A stretch of 64,000 bases of DNA, taken from Anaeromyxobacteraceae bacterium. GTDB lineage: Bacteria > Myxococcota > Myxococcia > Myxococcales > Anaeromyxobacteraceae. Shown here piece after piece: positions 18,111 through 27,278 of the stretch. Under the pieces are notes generated by a model that saw only the letters and a list, made by a program, of their open reading frames with translations, searched no databases and had not been told where the DNA came from. The stretch is taken from assembly GCA_047602405.1 (NCBI GenBank), contig JASGHJ010000002.1, forward strand, positions 3,392,001 through 3,456,000, in the 5' to 3' direction. Position 1 is the first letter of the stretch; each line of letters opens with the position of its first letter. A program made the translations under genes and the position numbers.

Positions 18111-19259
18111 TTAACGCACCGCGGCCGCGAGCCTCTTCACGAGCGACCTGCGCTCGGCGTCGTTCCAGAACTGCAGGTTGGTCGTGAACGCCACGACCGT
18201 GCCGTCGGCGGGATCGATCCAGAGGAATGCGGACGCTCCGACCGACGAGCCCGCGTGCTCGGCGGCAGGCGGCGACGCCGGCAGCCCGAACCCGAGGCCG
18301 TAGCCCGTGGAGGCGCCGTCCGCGAGGTGCTGCGGCGTCCAGAGCGCCGCGCGCGAGCCGGGCGAGACGAGCCCGCCGAGGAGCGCGCGGCCGAAGGCGA
18401 CGAGGTCGCTCGGCGTGGAGAGCCACCCGCCCGCCGGCCACCGGTTCGAGAGATCCACGAGCGCCGCGTTCCACAGCCGGCCGCCGCGGCCGAGCTCGTA
18501 GCCGCGCGCGCGGTGCGGGACGATCGCCTCGGGCTCATCGAGGAGCGTCGAGATCATCCCCGCGGGCTCGAGCACGTGCTGCCGCACGAGCTCGGCGTAA
18601 CGCGCCTGGCCGGCGCCCTCGAGCGCGCAGCCGACGAGGTCGTAGCCGTAGACGCTGTACTGGTAGCGTGCGCCGGGCGCGGCGACCGGCGGGTCCGAGG
18701 AGAAGTAGCCGACGAGCTCGGGGAAGCTCTCGAAGTGGCGGCGCGAGACGAACTCGCCGCGGCCGGCGTCGTAGTCGCGCACCCCGCCGAGATGGCCCAG
18801 CAGGCGGCGCACGGTGACGCCCTCGCGGCCGGCGGGGAAGGCCGGGCAGTAACGCTGCACCGGGGCGTCGAGGTCGAGGACGCCGTGCTCGGCGAGCGCG
18901 AGCGCCGTCACGGCGGTGAGGGGCTTCGAGACCGAGCCGACGCGGTAGACGGTGTCGACCGTGGCGGGGACGCGGTGCTCGAGGTCGGAGAAGCCCGCGG
19001 CGTAGGCGATCGTCTCCGCGCCCGGCCGCGCGACCGCCACCGAGAGCGACGGCAGCTTCTCGGCGGCGAGCGTGTCCTCCACGATCACGCGGACGCGCTC
19101 CAGCGGGCCGGCGGCCGGCCCCGGGACCGTCGCTGCCGCGACCGGGACCTCGGCTGGGCCGGGGGCGGGCGGCGGGCGGACGGCGGCCGTGGTCCCGCAG
19201 CCGGCGGAGAGGACGCCGGCGAGGGCGGTGACGAGCGGGAGCGCGCGGCCGAGGTTCAC
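18111..19259 (-). CDS. Serine hydrolase, beta-lactamase class C-like lipoprotein
   Basis: Lipobox LSAGC; GSVSKP (SxxK), LLGHLGG, YSVYGY and YGLGF. The GTG overlaps the kynA stop. Confidence 0.85.
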   Translation of the reverse strand: MNLGRALPLVTALAGVLSAGCGTTAAVRPPPAPGPAEVPVAAATVPGPAAGPLERVRVIVEDTLAAEKLPSLSVAVARPGAETIAYAAGFSDLEHRVPATVDTVYRVGSVSKPLTAVTALALAEHGVLDLDAPVQRYCPAFPAGREGVTVRRLLGHLGGVRDYDAGRGEFVSRRHFESFPELVGYFSSDPPVAAPGARYQYSVYGYDLVGCALEGAGQARYAELVRQHVLEPAGMISTLLDEPEAIVPHRARGYELGRGGRLWNAALVDLSNRWPAGGWLSTPSDLVAFGRALLGGLVSPGSRAALWTPQHLADGASTGYGLGFGLPASPPAAEHAGSSVGASAFLWIDPADGTVVAFTTNLQFWNDAERRSLVKRLAAAVR

Positions 19260-20374
19260 GTACCGGCAGGGTACGACGCGCCGGGGCTCCCCGTGAAGCG
19301 GAACCCCAGCCGCTGCTCCATCTCCGGGGGGAGCGCCGGCAGGGCGGAGCGGGAGATGAGGAAGGTGGAGAGGTCGTACAGGTCGCCGAACACCTTGTTC
19401 CGCTCGACCGTTGCGAGGAGGTACCGGTGCCCCGACGACCCGCCGGTGCCGATCTTCGTGCCGATCATCCGGTGGACCATGAGCGCGTGCCGGTAGCGCC
19501 AGGTCGCGAGGAGCTCGTCGACGTCGACGAGGAGGGTCAGGAACCGGAACGGCAGGTGGAGGATGGGCTGGTCGCGGTAGAGGTGGATGAAGAGCGCCGC
19601 GCGGGTGGCGCGGTGCGAGAGCCGCCGCGACCCCTCCCCCACGAGCTTCGCGTGCGCGGCCTCGTCGAGCACCGCCGCGAAGGACGCCTCCGTCCGCTCG
19701 AGCTCGGCGAGCTGCGCGCGCCGCTCCACGTCTCCGAGCGTCGGGTTCGTGCGGATGGTCTCGCGGTCGGCGCCGATCATGTCCGCCACGGCCGCCGCGT
19801 ACCGCTCCCAGAAGTCCCACCCCGGCACCCCCAGGAACGGGGTCCGCTCGAGCCAGCGCTCGACGAGCGTGAAGAGCGACGGCCCCGCCTCGGATGCGCG
19901 CAGGGCCTCGCGCTGCGGCTCCGAGAGCTTCGCGCCCGCCGGCGAGCGCTCCATCCGCGCGCGGCCCGCGTCGCGCAGGCCGAGCTTGTTCTCGATGAGC
20001 CGGAACTGCACCGACTGGAAGCCGGAGGCCGGCACGAGGAGGTCGCGGAAGTCGAGGAAGTCGAGCGGCGTCATCGTCTCGAGGACGCGCAGCTGATCGA
20101 CGAGGATCTTCTGGATCTCCACGACGCGCTGCAGCCGCGACACCGCGACGCCCACGCTGCGCTCGTCGACCGAGTCGGCGCGGAAGAGCGCGAGGAGCGA
20201 GTCGAGCTCGTGGAGGATCTGCTTGAACCAGAGCTCGTAGGCCTGGTGCACGACGATGAAGAGGTGCTCGTCGTGCGCCGGCCGGCCGAGCTCGACCGAG
20301 CGCGGCGCCTGGCTCCCGAGCAGCCGCTCGAGGTGGAGGTACTCGCCGTAGTCGACGGGTGGATACGCGGGCAT
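19256..20374 (-). CDS. kynA: Tryptophan 2,3-dioxygenase (long form)
   Basis: YGEYLHL, HDEHLFIVVHQAYELWFKQ, FRDLLVPASGFQS and GTGGSSG. Confidence 0.95.
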   Translation of the reverse strand: MPAYPPVDYGEYLHLERLLGSQAPRSVELGRPAHDEHLFIVVHQAYELWFKQILHELDSLLALFRADSVDERSVGVAVSRLQRVVEIQKILVDQLRVLETMTPLDFLDFRDLLVPASGFQSVQFRLIENKLGLRDAGRARMERSPAGAKLSEPQREALRASEAGPSLFTLVERWLERTPFLGVPGWDFWERYAAAVADMIGADRETIRTNPTLGDVERRAQLAELERTEASFAAVLDEAAHAKLVGEGSRRLSHRATRAALFIHLYRDQPILHLPFRFLTLLVDVDELLATWRYRHALMVHRMIGTKIGTGGSSGHRYLLATVERNKVFGDLYDLSTFLISRSALPALPPEMEQRLGFRFTGSPGASYPAGT

Positions 20375-20483
20375 GGAGGCCTCCGGGCGCGGGGAGGCCG
20401 GGTTGTAGCCGCGCCGGGAGGGCGGCGCCGGGCCCGACGGTGGTGCAAGGGGACACCGCCCGCCGGGCCCGGCCCTTCCCCCT

Positions 20484-20660
20484 CTACGGAACCGTCCGCG
20501 CGAGCACCTGCAGCGCGCCCGCCGACGACTCCCCCCGCAGGAGATCCACCGCCACGACCGCGAGGATGACGGCGCACACCGCGATGACCGCGACGTCGCG
20601 CACGACGGAGAGGCGCGTGGGCTTCACGACGAAGTGCAGCTCTCCCCGTTGCCCGGTCAT
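20484..20660 (-). CDS. 58-aa single-TM microprotein, paralog of 25937-26128; not in the ORF track
   Basis: MTGQRGELHFVVKPTRLSVVRDVAVIAVCAVILAVVAVDLLRGESSAGALQVLARTVP; GAGGA RBS; same position behind an ECF gene as its paralog. Confidence 0.75.
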   Translation of the reverse strand: MTGQRGELHFVVKPTRLSVVRDVAVIAVCAVILAVVAVDLLRGESSAGALQVLARTVP

Positions 20661-20759
20661 GGTGCGGTCCTCGGTGGGCGGCGGGCTTCGTGCCCGCTCA
20701 CCTTCCTGGACAGCGCATCGGGTCGACCTTGACGGGGCCCCTTTCCGGGCTCCCTCGGC

Positions 20760-21327
20760 TCACTCGAGCAGCCCCTGCTCGCGGGCGAGCTTGCTGAGGC
20801 GCTCCTTGAGCCGCTCGTAGCGTTTCGCGAGCGTCACCGCCGTCGCCGGGCTGCCCCCCTCCGCGAGGACGTCCGCGATCTCGTCCCAGGAGAGCTCCTG
20901 GTCGGCGCGCAGGAAGAGGCAGCGTCTGCTCGTCCGGCGTGAGGAGCTTCCTGAGCTCGAGGACGCGCTGGCGGCGCCGCTCCACCTTGACGGCCGAGGC
21001 GGTGCGCAGCGACTCCGCGAGCCGCGAGGCCTCGCCCGTCTCGAAGCGCCGGACCTTCCGCGCGTGCGCCTGGTTCTTCAGGTTGAGCACCACGTTGCAG
21101 GCGAGGCGCAGGCACCAGGTCTTGAGCGACGAGCGGCCCTCGAAGCCCGGGAGGCCCTTCCAGACGTTCTCCGCCCAGATCGAGAACGCGTCCTTCACGT
21201 CGTCCTCGTCCCGGAGCACCGGCCGCAGGTAGCTCAGCACCGTCGGGCCGAGGGCCTCGATGACCGCGGTCGCGGCCCCCCTCGCGTCACCGGACGCGAG
21301 AAGGGTCTGGATGTGGGGGAGGAGCAT
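20760..21327 (-). CDS. ECF sigma factor, copy 1, with a +1 frameshift at about 20919
   Basis: DEDDVKDAF..FEGRSSLKTW. After correction it continues LLFLRADQELSWDEIA..KRYERLK, collinear with the paralog at 26211-26780. The ATG overlaps the upstream TGA. Confidence 0.88.
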
Positions 21328-22871
21328 CAGTCGCCGATCTTCGTGTAGCAGACGCCACCGACCGGGGTTCCTTCCAATACGTCGTCGCACCATGCTGGCG
21401 CGTTGGCGTCCGCACAGCAGGCAGGTGGGCCTGGCAAGAACCCCACCGCATCCAGAGCTGGGGCCTTCTTCTCGTCGCCCCTCCCGTCAAGCCTGATGCT
21501 GAGGACGTTGGGGCCCGCGCCGCCTGCCGCTTCCTTCTGCAAGATCACCGGATAGACCTCAAGCCAGCCGAAGCCCTCGTCTCGCCGCAACGTGCTCCAC
21601 CTGAGGGGGACCTCAACCGGCGAACCCGCACCATCCCGGACGAATACGGTCGTCTCGTTACCGGGCTTCGGCGGTCGACCGTCCTTGTCAGTCCGGAACC
21701 TGATCATCGCCGTGAACTTCGAACCCGACGGCACGCTGGCTTTGATATCGCGAAGGACCACCTCCACCGCTGACTTCTCTCCGAGTTGCACCGTCCCTTG
21801 AGATGGTGCCGTCGGCGGAGGGCCGCTCTCGCCACCGCAGACGCTCGCCGCCAAGACCATTGGATCATAGGTCCCGACGCACGCCGACCTTCGATCGACA
21901 CCAGCCTTCGGCCACTTGCAGTGCGAATTCCTGAGCGCCGCCTTCGTACCGCGCTCGATCAACTGCGTTGGCAGGGCCGGCTGATTGGCCGAGGACCAAG
22001 TCTCCTCGAGGTTGACCAGGCGCATTCCGTAAACGAAGAGCGGCGGATACGTCTGAGCCGTGCTGCAAGAGGAATACGGATTGCCAGGACACACCCGCTG
22101 GCCATTCGCAGCGAACCAAGTCGACGCATCTTGACACCGGCCGAGTTGACGGACCCATCCCGCGCCATCGAAGTCAATGGTCCGACCAAGAGCCACGTTC
22201 GGCGGGTACCAGTTGCTCTTGTCCAGATCGAACCCGACGGGCAGGTTGCTACTCAGCGTATAGAGCGGCTGTGGTGAGGCAAACAGGTCCCCGAAGAAGA
22301 CTCCTTCCGGCTGATCCAATGCAAACGCCTCTCCCGGCGAAACACTCAGGCTGGCTCCGCGAAGCGAGATGGGTTGGCGGGCGTGGCGCTGGTTCGCGTG
22401 AGCCAGAAGACACGCCGTAATCCTCGCCCTTGAATCTGCATCCGCGAGGGGCTTCCGACGTGTCCCACCCAAGCCGAACCGCCCCTCCCAAGAAAGGCCG
22501 CCATATGAGACCCACTGCCCTTGGTCATAGGCGCACCGGACGAGGTAGGTCATAACTTCCGCTGAGCCCAAATGCGCGGTGTCACCGAACCACTTGACGA
22601 AGCCCGCGTTCGCGGGTTCGAAAGCGTAGATCTCCCAAGCCTTCTTGCCCTGATCGTAAACGACCTCAAGGCCACCGATGGACGCCAGGCTCGTTCTCAG
22701 TGCGCTCGCGGAAAGGTCGAGGCTATTACGGCCCATCTCCAACCGACTGTAGGTGGCACAAGGCGCTTCTCCCTCCTTGGTCTTCTTCACATCAGCAGCG
22801 ACGTCGTCCGCCACTGTCACCGCTAGCAGAAGTGCCACCACGTTCATCGGTCTCATGATTTTCCCCCACAT
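21327..22871 (-). CDS. Secreted Cys-containing myxobacterial protein of unknown function (lower GC)
   Basis: Hydrophobic N-terminus; YLVRCA..EGRFGLG..ITACLLAHAN..ISLRG..EGVFFGDLF is a motif series I recognise from uncharacterised myxobacterial proteins. Confidence 0.65.
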   Translation of the reverse strand: MWGKIMRPMNVVALLLAVTVADDVAADVKKTKEGEAPCATYSRLEMGRNSLDLSASALRTSLASIGGLEVVYDQGKKAWEIYAFEPANAGFVKWFGDTAHLGSAEVMTYLVRCAYDQGQWVSYGGLSWEGRFGLGGTRRKPLADADSRARITACLLAHANQRHARQPISLRGASLSVSPGEAFALDQPEGVFFGDLFASPQPLYTLSSNLPVGFDLDKSNWYPPNVALGRTIDFDGAGWVRQLGRCQDASTWFAANGQRVCPGNPYSSCSTAQTYPPLFVYGMRLVNLEETWSSANQPALPTQLIERGTKAALRNSHCKWPKAGVDRRSACVGTYDPMVLAASVCGGESGPPPTAPSQGTVQLGEKSAVEVVLRDIKASVPSGSKFTAMIRFRTDKDGRPPKPGNETTVFVRDGAGSPVEVPLRWSTLRRDEGFGWLEVYPVILQKEAAGGAGPNVLSIRLDGRGDEKKAPALDAVGFLPGPPACCADANAPAWCDDVLEGTPVGGVCYTKIGD

Positions 22872-22905
22872 TCAGCGAACACACCGAACCTGCATGGCGA
22901 CCGCG

Positions 22906-25860
22906 TCATTCTCGCCCGAGTTCCAAGCTGGTCTTCCTCGCCTCCTCCAGGCCGGGTTGTGATGAAGCCGCTTCACCCCACATCCCCAGAAGCAAGCCGA
23001 TGTTTCGGCGCGCCCTCTTCGGCATGCCCTCCCGCGCCTGCGCCTTCGCCAGCGCGAGCAGAGCGCGCGGGTATTCCCAGCTCGGGTAGTTGAGTGGAAA
23101 GCCGAGGAACCTGGTCAATACCTCGACTGCCTCAGCGTTCCTCCCCTGCTCCACGAGCATCTCGCCGAGGACGAAGGCCGGGTGCGGCATCGCCGGGTCC
23201 ACGCTGAACGGCGTGTGCCTGACAACTGCGTGGAGCTCCTCGATCGCCTTCACACGGTCGCCCTGCCTCCAGTGCACGATCGCGCGATAGGTGGCCGCTC
23301 GTGGTGAGTCGACGGGCAGGTATGCCGCGAACTCGGCGGCGCGCCGGAGATCCCCCAGGTACGCTAGGTGGGGTGCGACGTGGGTCACGAGCGCGGGGTC
23401 GAGCTCGAGCGCGAGGAGCGCCTCGCGATGGGCCACATCTGCGTCGCCCGAGCCTGCGACCGCCTCGAACCACCCCGCCTGGAGCCACGCGTCCTTGAAA
23501 CCGTGGATAGTCTCTCCGGTCTTGGCCAGCTCCTCCCAGCGTCCCTCCTGGACCTGAAGCAGCACGCGCATGAACGGACCGAAGCTGTTCAGCGATTGCC
23601 CCTCGGACATCTGGGTCACGAGGCGGTGCAAGCGGTCGCGCTCGCCCGCGTGAAGCAGCGCCATCGCGAAGAACTGGGTCCCCGCCGCGTCCGCTCCTCC
23701 GGCCGACGCCTTCTCGCAGGTCGCGAGCGTCGAGGGAGCGCCGGCCCAAAGCCGGATGAAGCAGAGGCCAGCCCTCGTGGCGGGGGACTCCGGAAGGGCC
23801 GCCACCCTGGTCTCGAGCGCCGCGAGTCCATCGCGATCGTCGAGCGCGCCGAGCGCGATAGCGAGGTGCTCGACGCCCTCGGGCCACGCGGGGTCGAGCT
23901 CGCTCACTCGTTCGAAGATCGGAGCCGCCTCGGCGAACTCATCGCGGTGGAATGGGACCTCGCCCGCGCGACGCCAAGCGAACTTGTCGTCACCCGCCCT
24001 GATCGCGGCCTCCTTCAGGAGGCGCTTCGCCTCCACGTCCTTGCCGTCGAGGAACGCCGCCCAACCCTTCACGCGCTGCTGATGACTCGGAGGAATGCGA
24101 TCGAGCAGGCGCAGGGCGGGCTCGAGCGCGCTTCTCTGCTCCGCCCGGCTCAGCCCGAGCGAGTAGGAGACCTCGGACGTCAACAGGTGCGCGAGTCCGA
24201 ACTCCGGATCGATCGCGGTGGCCCGCTTGAACTCCTCGAGGCAGGGTCCATAGCCGACGAAGAAGCCCGACTGCTCGACGCAGGCCTGACCACGGGCGAA
24301 GTGCGACCAGGCCTCGAGGCTCCTGGTGACCGACCTCGCGAGTGCGATGGAGGTCTCCCGGATGGCCTCGGGTGCCTCACCGAGGCCCAGCCGCACTCGC
24401 TCGGAGACACGGTCCACAAGGTCTGGGAGCCTCTCCTTCTCGGTCTCCTGCTCACGCAATGACAGGAGGCGAGCGCCGGAACTTGGGTCCGTGACCCTGA
24501 CCTCCGCGACGTACAGCGCACCCAACCTTCTGAGGATCGGCACCACCACTGCCCGGGCGCGAACTCTTTCGGCAGCGGCAGTGGCCCTGTCGGCGTCGAG
24601 GGGTTCTCCCTTCTGGAAGGCGTCTCGTCCAAACAGGTCTATGAGGCGGACGCGGGGCAAGACGTCGATCTTGCGCGACTGCTCGAGCGACGTGGCCAGC
24701 ATTCCCGAGAGCCCATCAAGTTCGCGGTCGCCCGTGCCGTTCTCCACGTCCGCTACCGCGAGCACGATCCGCTCGTCCGCGGCCGGCGCGATCGTCGCCT
24801 TCCGCGCCATCCTGACCGCCACCCCCAGCGCCGCCGCCGCGATCACCACCGCCGCGATCGCCGCGATGCCCGCGACGCGCGTCCGCCACCACGGCGCGGG
24901 CTCCCGCCGGCGCACCACGACGGCCTCCGGCCCCGGCGCGGACTCGCCCGCGCCGCGCAGCACCTGGCCGACGAGCTCGAGCGCGCGCAGGACCACGCCG
25001 CCATCGCGCGGCCGGTGCACGGGGTCCTTCTCGAGCATCGTCGCGACGAGCTCGCCGAGCGCGGGCAGGCCGGCGACCTCGAGGTCCGGTGCCGGCGACG
25101 GGCCGGTGACCTCGCCGGGATTCTCCGGCCGGAACGGCAGCCGGCCGGAGAGCATCCGGTAGAGCACGACGCCGAGCGCGAAGACGTCGGTGCGCTCGTC
25201 CTCCGGCGCGCCGGTCCACTGCTCGGGCGCCATGTACGCTGGCGTGCCGCCCTCGGTGCGCTTCAGGCCGAACGCGTGCGCGAGGCCGAAGTCGAGCACC
25301 TTCACGCCGCCGTCGCTCGTGAGGAACACGTTCCCGGGCTTGAGGTCCCGGTGCACGACGCCGCGCGCGTGCGCGTGCGAGAGGCCGCGCGCGATGCCGG
25401 TCGCGATCCGCACGGCCTCGACCGGCGGCACGACCCCGCGCTCGACGCGCGCCTGCAGCGTCTCGCCCTCGAGGAGCTCGAGCACGAGGTACGGGCCGTG
25501 CTCGGAGCGGCCGAGGTCGAAGAGCGTGACGATGTTCGGGTGGGCGAGCCGCGCCGCGGCCTCGGCCTCCTCGAGGAGTCGCTCCCGCCTGAGTTCGTCG
25601 CGGTGACCCGTGCGAACGGCCTTCAGCGCGACCTTGCGCTTCAGCTCGGAGTCCTCGGCCTCGAAGACGACGCCGAACCCGCCGCGGCCGAGCTCCCGGA
25701 TCAACCGAAAGCGACCGATCCGCTGGCCGGGGACGAGCGCGACCTCCCAGCCGCCGCCGTCCGGCGGCACCTCGTCCGCGGCGAGGTCCTTGAGGAGCGC
25801 GGACAGCGTCCCGGGCAAGGGCCCCGGCCCAGGTTCCTCCGTGGCGGGGTCCTCCTTCAA
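22906..25860 (-). CDS. Hanks-type Ser/Thr kinase with a TM helix and an extracytoplasmic TolB_N-like/TPR region
   Basis: LGRGGFGVV, VALK, HRDLKPGN, DFG and GTPAYMAPE; TM GIAAIAAVVIAAAALGVAV; VLAVADVEN; helical TPR-like C-terminus. Confidence 0.92.
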   Translation of the reverse strand: MKEDPATEEPGPGPLPGTLSALLKDLAADEVPPDGGGWEVALVPGQRIGRFRLIRELGRGGFGVVFEAEDSELKRKVALKAVRTGHRDELRRERLLEEAEAAARLAHPNIVTLFDLGRSEHGPYLVLELLEGETLQARVERGVVPPVEAVRIATGIARGLSHAHARGVVHRDLKPGNVFLTSDGGVKVLDFGLAHAFGLKRTEGGTPAYMAPEQWTGAPEDERTDVFALGVVLYRMLSGRLPFRPENPGEVTGPSPAPDLEVAGLPALGELVATMLEKDPVHRPRDGGVVLRALELVGQVLRGAGESAPGPEAVVVRRREPAPWWRTRVAGIAAIAAVVIAAAALGVAVRMARKATIAPAADERIVLAVADVENGTGDRELDGLSGMLATSLEQSRKIDVLPRVRLIDLFGRDAFQKGEPLDADRATAAAERVRARAVVVPILRRLGALYVAEVRVTDPSSGARLLSLREQETEKERLPDLVDRVSERVRLGLGEAPEAIRETSIALARSVTRSLEAWSHFARGQACVEQSGFFVGYGPCLEEFKRATAIDPEFGLAHLLTSEVSYSLGLSRAEQRSALEPALRLLDRIPPSHQQRVKGWAAFLDGKDVEAKRLLKEAAIRAGDDKFAWRRAGEVPFHRDEFAEAAPIFERVSELDPAWPEGVEHLAIALGALDDRDGLAALETRVAALPESPATRAGLCFIRLWAGAPSTLATCEKASAGGADAAGTQFFAMALLHAGERDRLHRLVTQMSEGQSLNSFGPFMRVLLQVQEGRWEELAKTGETIHGFKDAWLQAGWFEAVAGSGDADVAHREALLALELDPALVTHVAPHLAYLGDLRRAAEFAAYLPVDSPRAATYRAIVHWRQGDRVKAIEELHAVVRHTPFSVDPAMPHPAFVLGEMLVEQGRNAEAVEVLTRFLGFPLNYPSWEYPRALLALAKAQAREGMPKRARRNIGLLLGMWGEAASSQPGLEEARKTSLELGRE

Positions 25861-25936
25861 CGCTGCGTCCCCTTTGCTGAGCGTGAGGAGACTCTACCAA
25901 GCGTACGGATGACCCCGCCACCGGGCGCTCGAATAT

Positions 25937-26128
25937 TCACGCGCGGAGGTGCACCCGGCCGCCGCGCTCCATGGCCTGGAACGACTCCGGCGGGGGGCCC
26001 CTCCAGAGGTCGGCCACGAAGCTCGCCACGATGGCGACGCAGACCGCGACCATCGCGAGATCGCGGAGCGTCGCGAGGCGGCTCGTGCGGAGCGGAAAGT
26101 AGAGCTGGGAGCGGTTCTCGGAGGTCAT
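25937..26128 (-). CDS. 63-aa single-TM microprotein, paralog of 20484-20660
   Basis: MTSENRSQLYFPLRTSRLATLRDLAMVAVCVAIVASFVADLWRGPP..; GAGGA RBS. Confidence 0.75.
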   Translation of the reverse strand: MTSENRSQLYFPLRTSRLATLRDLAMVAVCVAIVASFVADLWRGPPPESFQAMERGGRVHLRA

Positions 26129-26210
26129 GTCCTCGTCCTTTCGGAGGCGCATCCGTGCGCCTTCGAAGGTGAGGACCGGGGCTCCCGCGGTTTCCGACAG
26201 GCGTCGGCAG

Positions 26211-26780
26211 CTACCGCACGAGCCCCCTCTCCCGGGCGAGCTTCGCCAGCCTCGCCTTGAGCCGCTCGTAGCGCTTCGCGAGCGTGTCGGCCGAGACGGG
26301 CTCCCCCGTCCCGGAGAGCACCTCGCTGATCTCGTCCCACGAGAGCCCCTGGTCGGCGCGGAGGAAGAGGAGGGTCTGCTCCTCGGGCGTGAGCTCCTTG
26401 CGAAGCTCGAGGAGGTCCGCGCGGTGCCGCTCCACCCGCACGGCCGAGGTCGTGCGGATCGACTCGGCGAGCGCGGAGGCCTCGCCGCTCGCGAAGCGGC
26501 GCACGCGCCGCCGGTGGGCTCCGTCCTTCATGTTGAGGGCGACGTTGCACGCGAGGCGGATGCACCAGGTCTTGAGCGACGAGCGCCACTCGAAGCCGGG
26601 CAGCCCCTTCCAGACCCGCTCCGCCCACTCCGAGAAGGCGTCCGCGACGTCGTCCTCGTCCTTCAGCATCGGGCGGAGGTACGAGAGGACGACCGGACCG
26701 AGCTGCTGGATGACGGCGGTCGCCGCCTCGCGGTCGTCGCCCGCCGCGAGCCGCTCCTTCACCTGCTCGTCGAGGGTCAC
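26211..26780 (-). CDS. ECF sigma factor, copy 2
   Basis: GTG start; DEDDVADAF..FEWRSSLKTWCIRLACN..LSWDEIS..KRYERLK. Confidence 0.9.
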   Translation of the reverse strand: MTLDEQVKERLAAGDDREAATAVIQQLGPVVLSYLRPMLKDEDDVADAFSEWAERVWKGLPGFEWRSSLKTWCIRLACNVALNMKDGAHRRRVRRFASGEASALAESIRTTSAVRVERHRADLLELRKELTPEEQTLLFLRADQGLSWDEISEVLSGTGEPVSADTLAKRYERLKARLAKLARERGLVR

Positions 26781-26921
26781 GGCGGAGATGGTGCAGGGGT
26801 CGGGGGCCGGCGCGCATCGCCCCCAGGGAGGAGCCGCGCCGGGAGGCGGCGTCGGATCCCGTGGCGGCCCCGGTCCACCTCTCGAACGGCGCGAGGCGCT
26901 CGCGCCAGAAAGGAACCTGCC

Positions 26922-27239
26922 GTGACCCACCCCTCCGCCGCCCTCCGCCTCGCCGCCCTCACCTCCCTCCTCGCGCTCGCCGCCTGCGGCGACGCGCCGG
27001 CCGACCCGTCCGTCGTCCGCGTCGCCGACGACGTCCTCGTCCCGGGCGGCTGCCCGGACGGGCGGGACCTGCTCGTCACGTTCGAGGACGTGGACGGAGA
27101 GACCGTCGTGCGCGGCCGCTGCATCGGCAAGCTCGCGCAGCACATCCCGGGCGACCCGAGCCACGACCTCCCGTCGCCCATGCGCCCCGAGGCGCCGGAC
27201 GGCCCCGGCCCCGGGCGCCTGCCCGCCGCCGACCGCTGA
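26922..27239 (+). CDS. Small lipoprotein of unknown function
   Basis: GAAAGGA RBS, GTG start, lipobox LAAC, two further Cys and a Pro-rich tail. Confidence 0.65.
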   Translation: MTHPSAALRLAALTSLLALAACGDAPADPSVVRVADDVLVPGGCPDGRDLLVTFEDVDGETVVRGRCIGKLAQHIPGDPSHDLPSPMRPEAPDGPGPGRLPAADR

Positions 27240-27278
27240 GGAGGCCCCCGCCGCGGCCCCGGTGTAAGCTCCGGGGCC

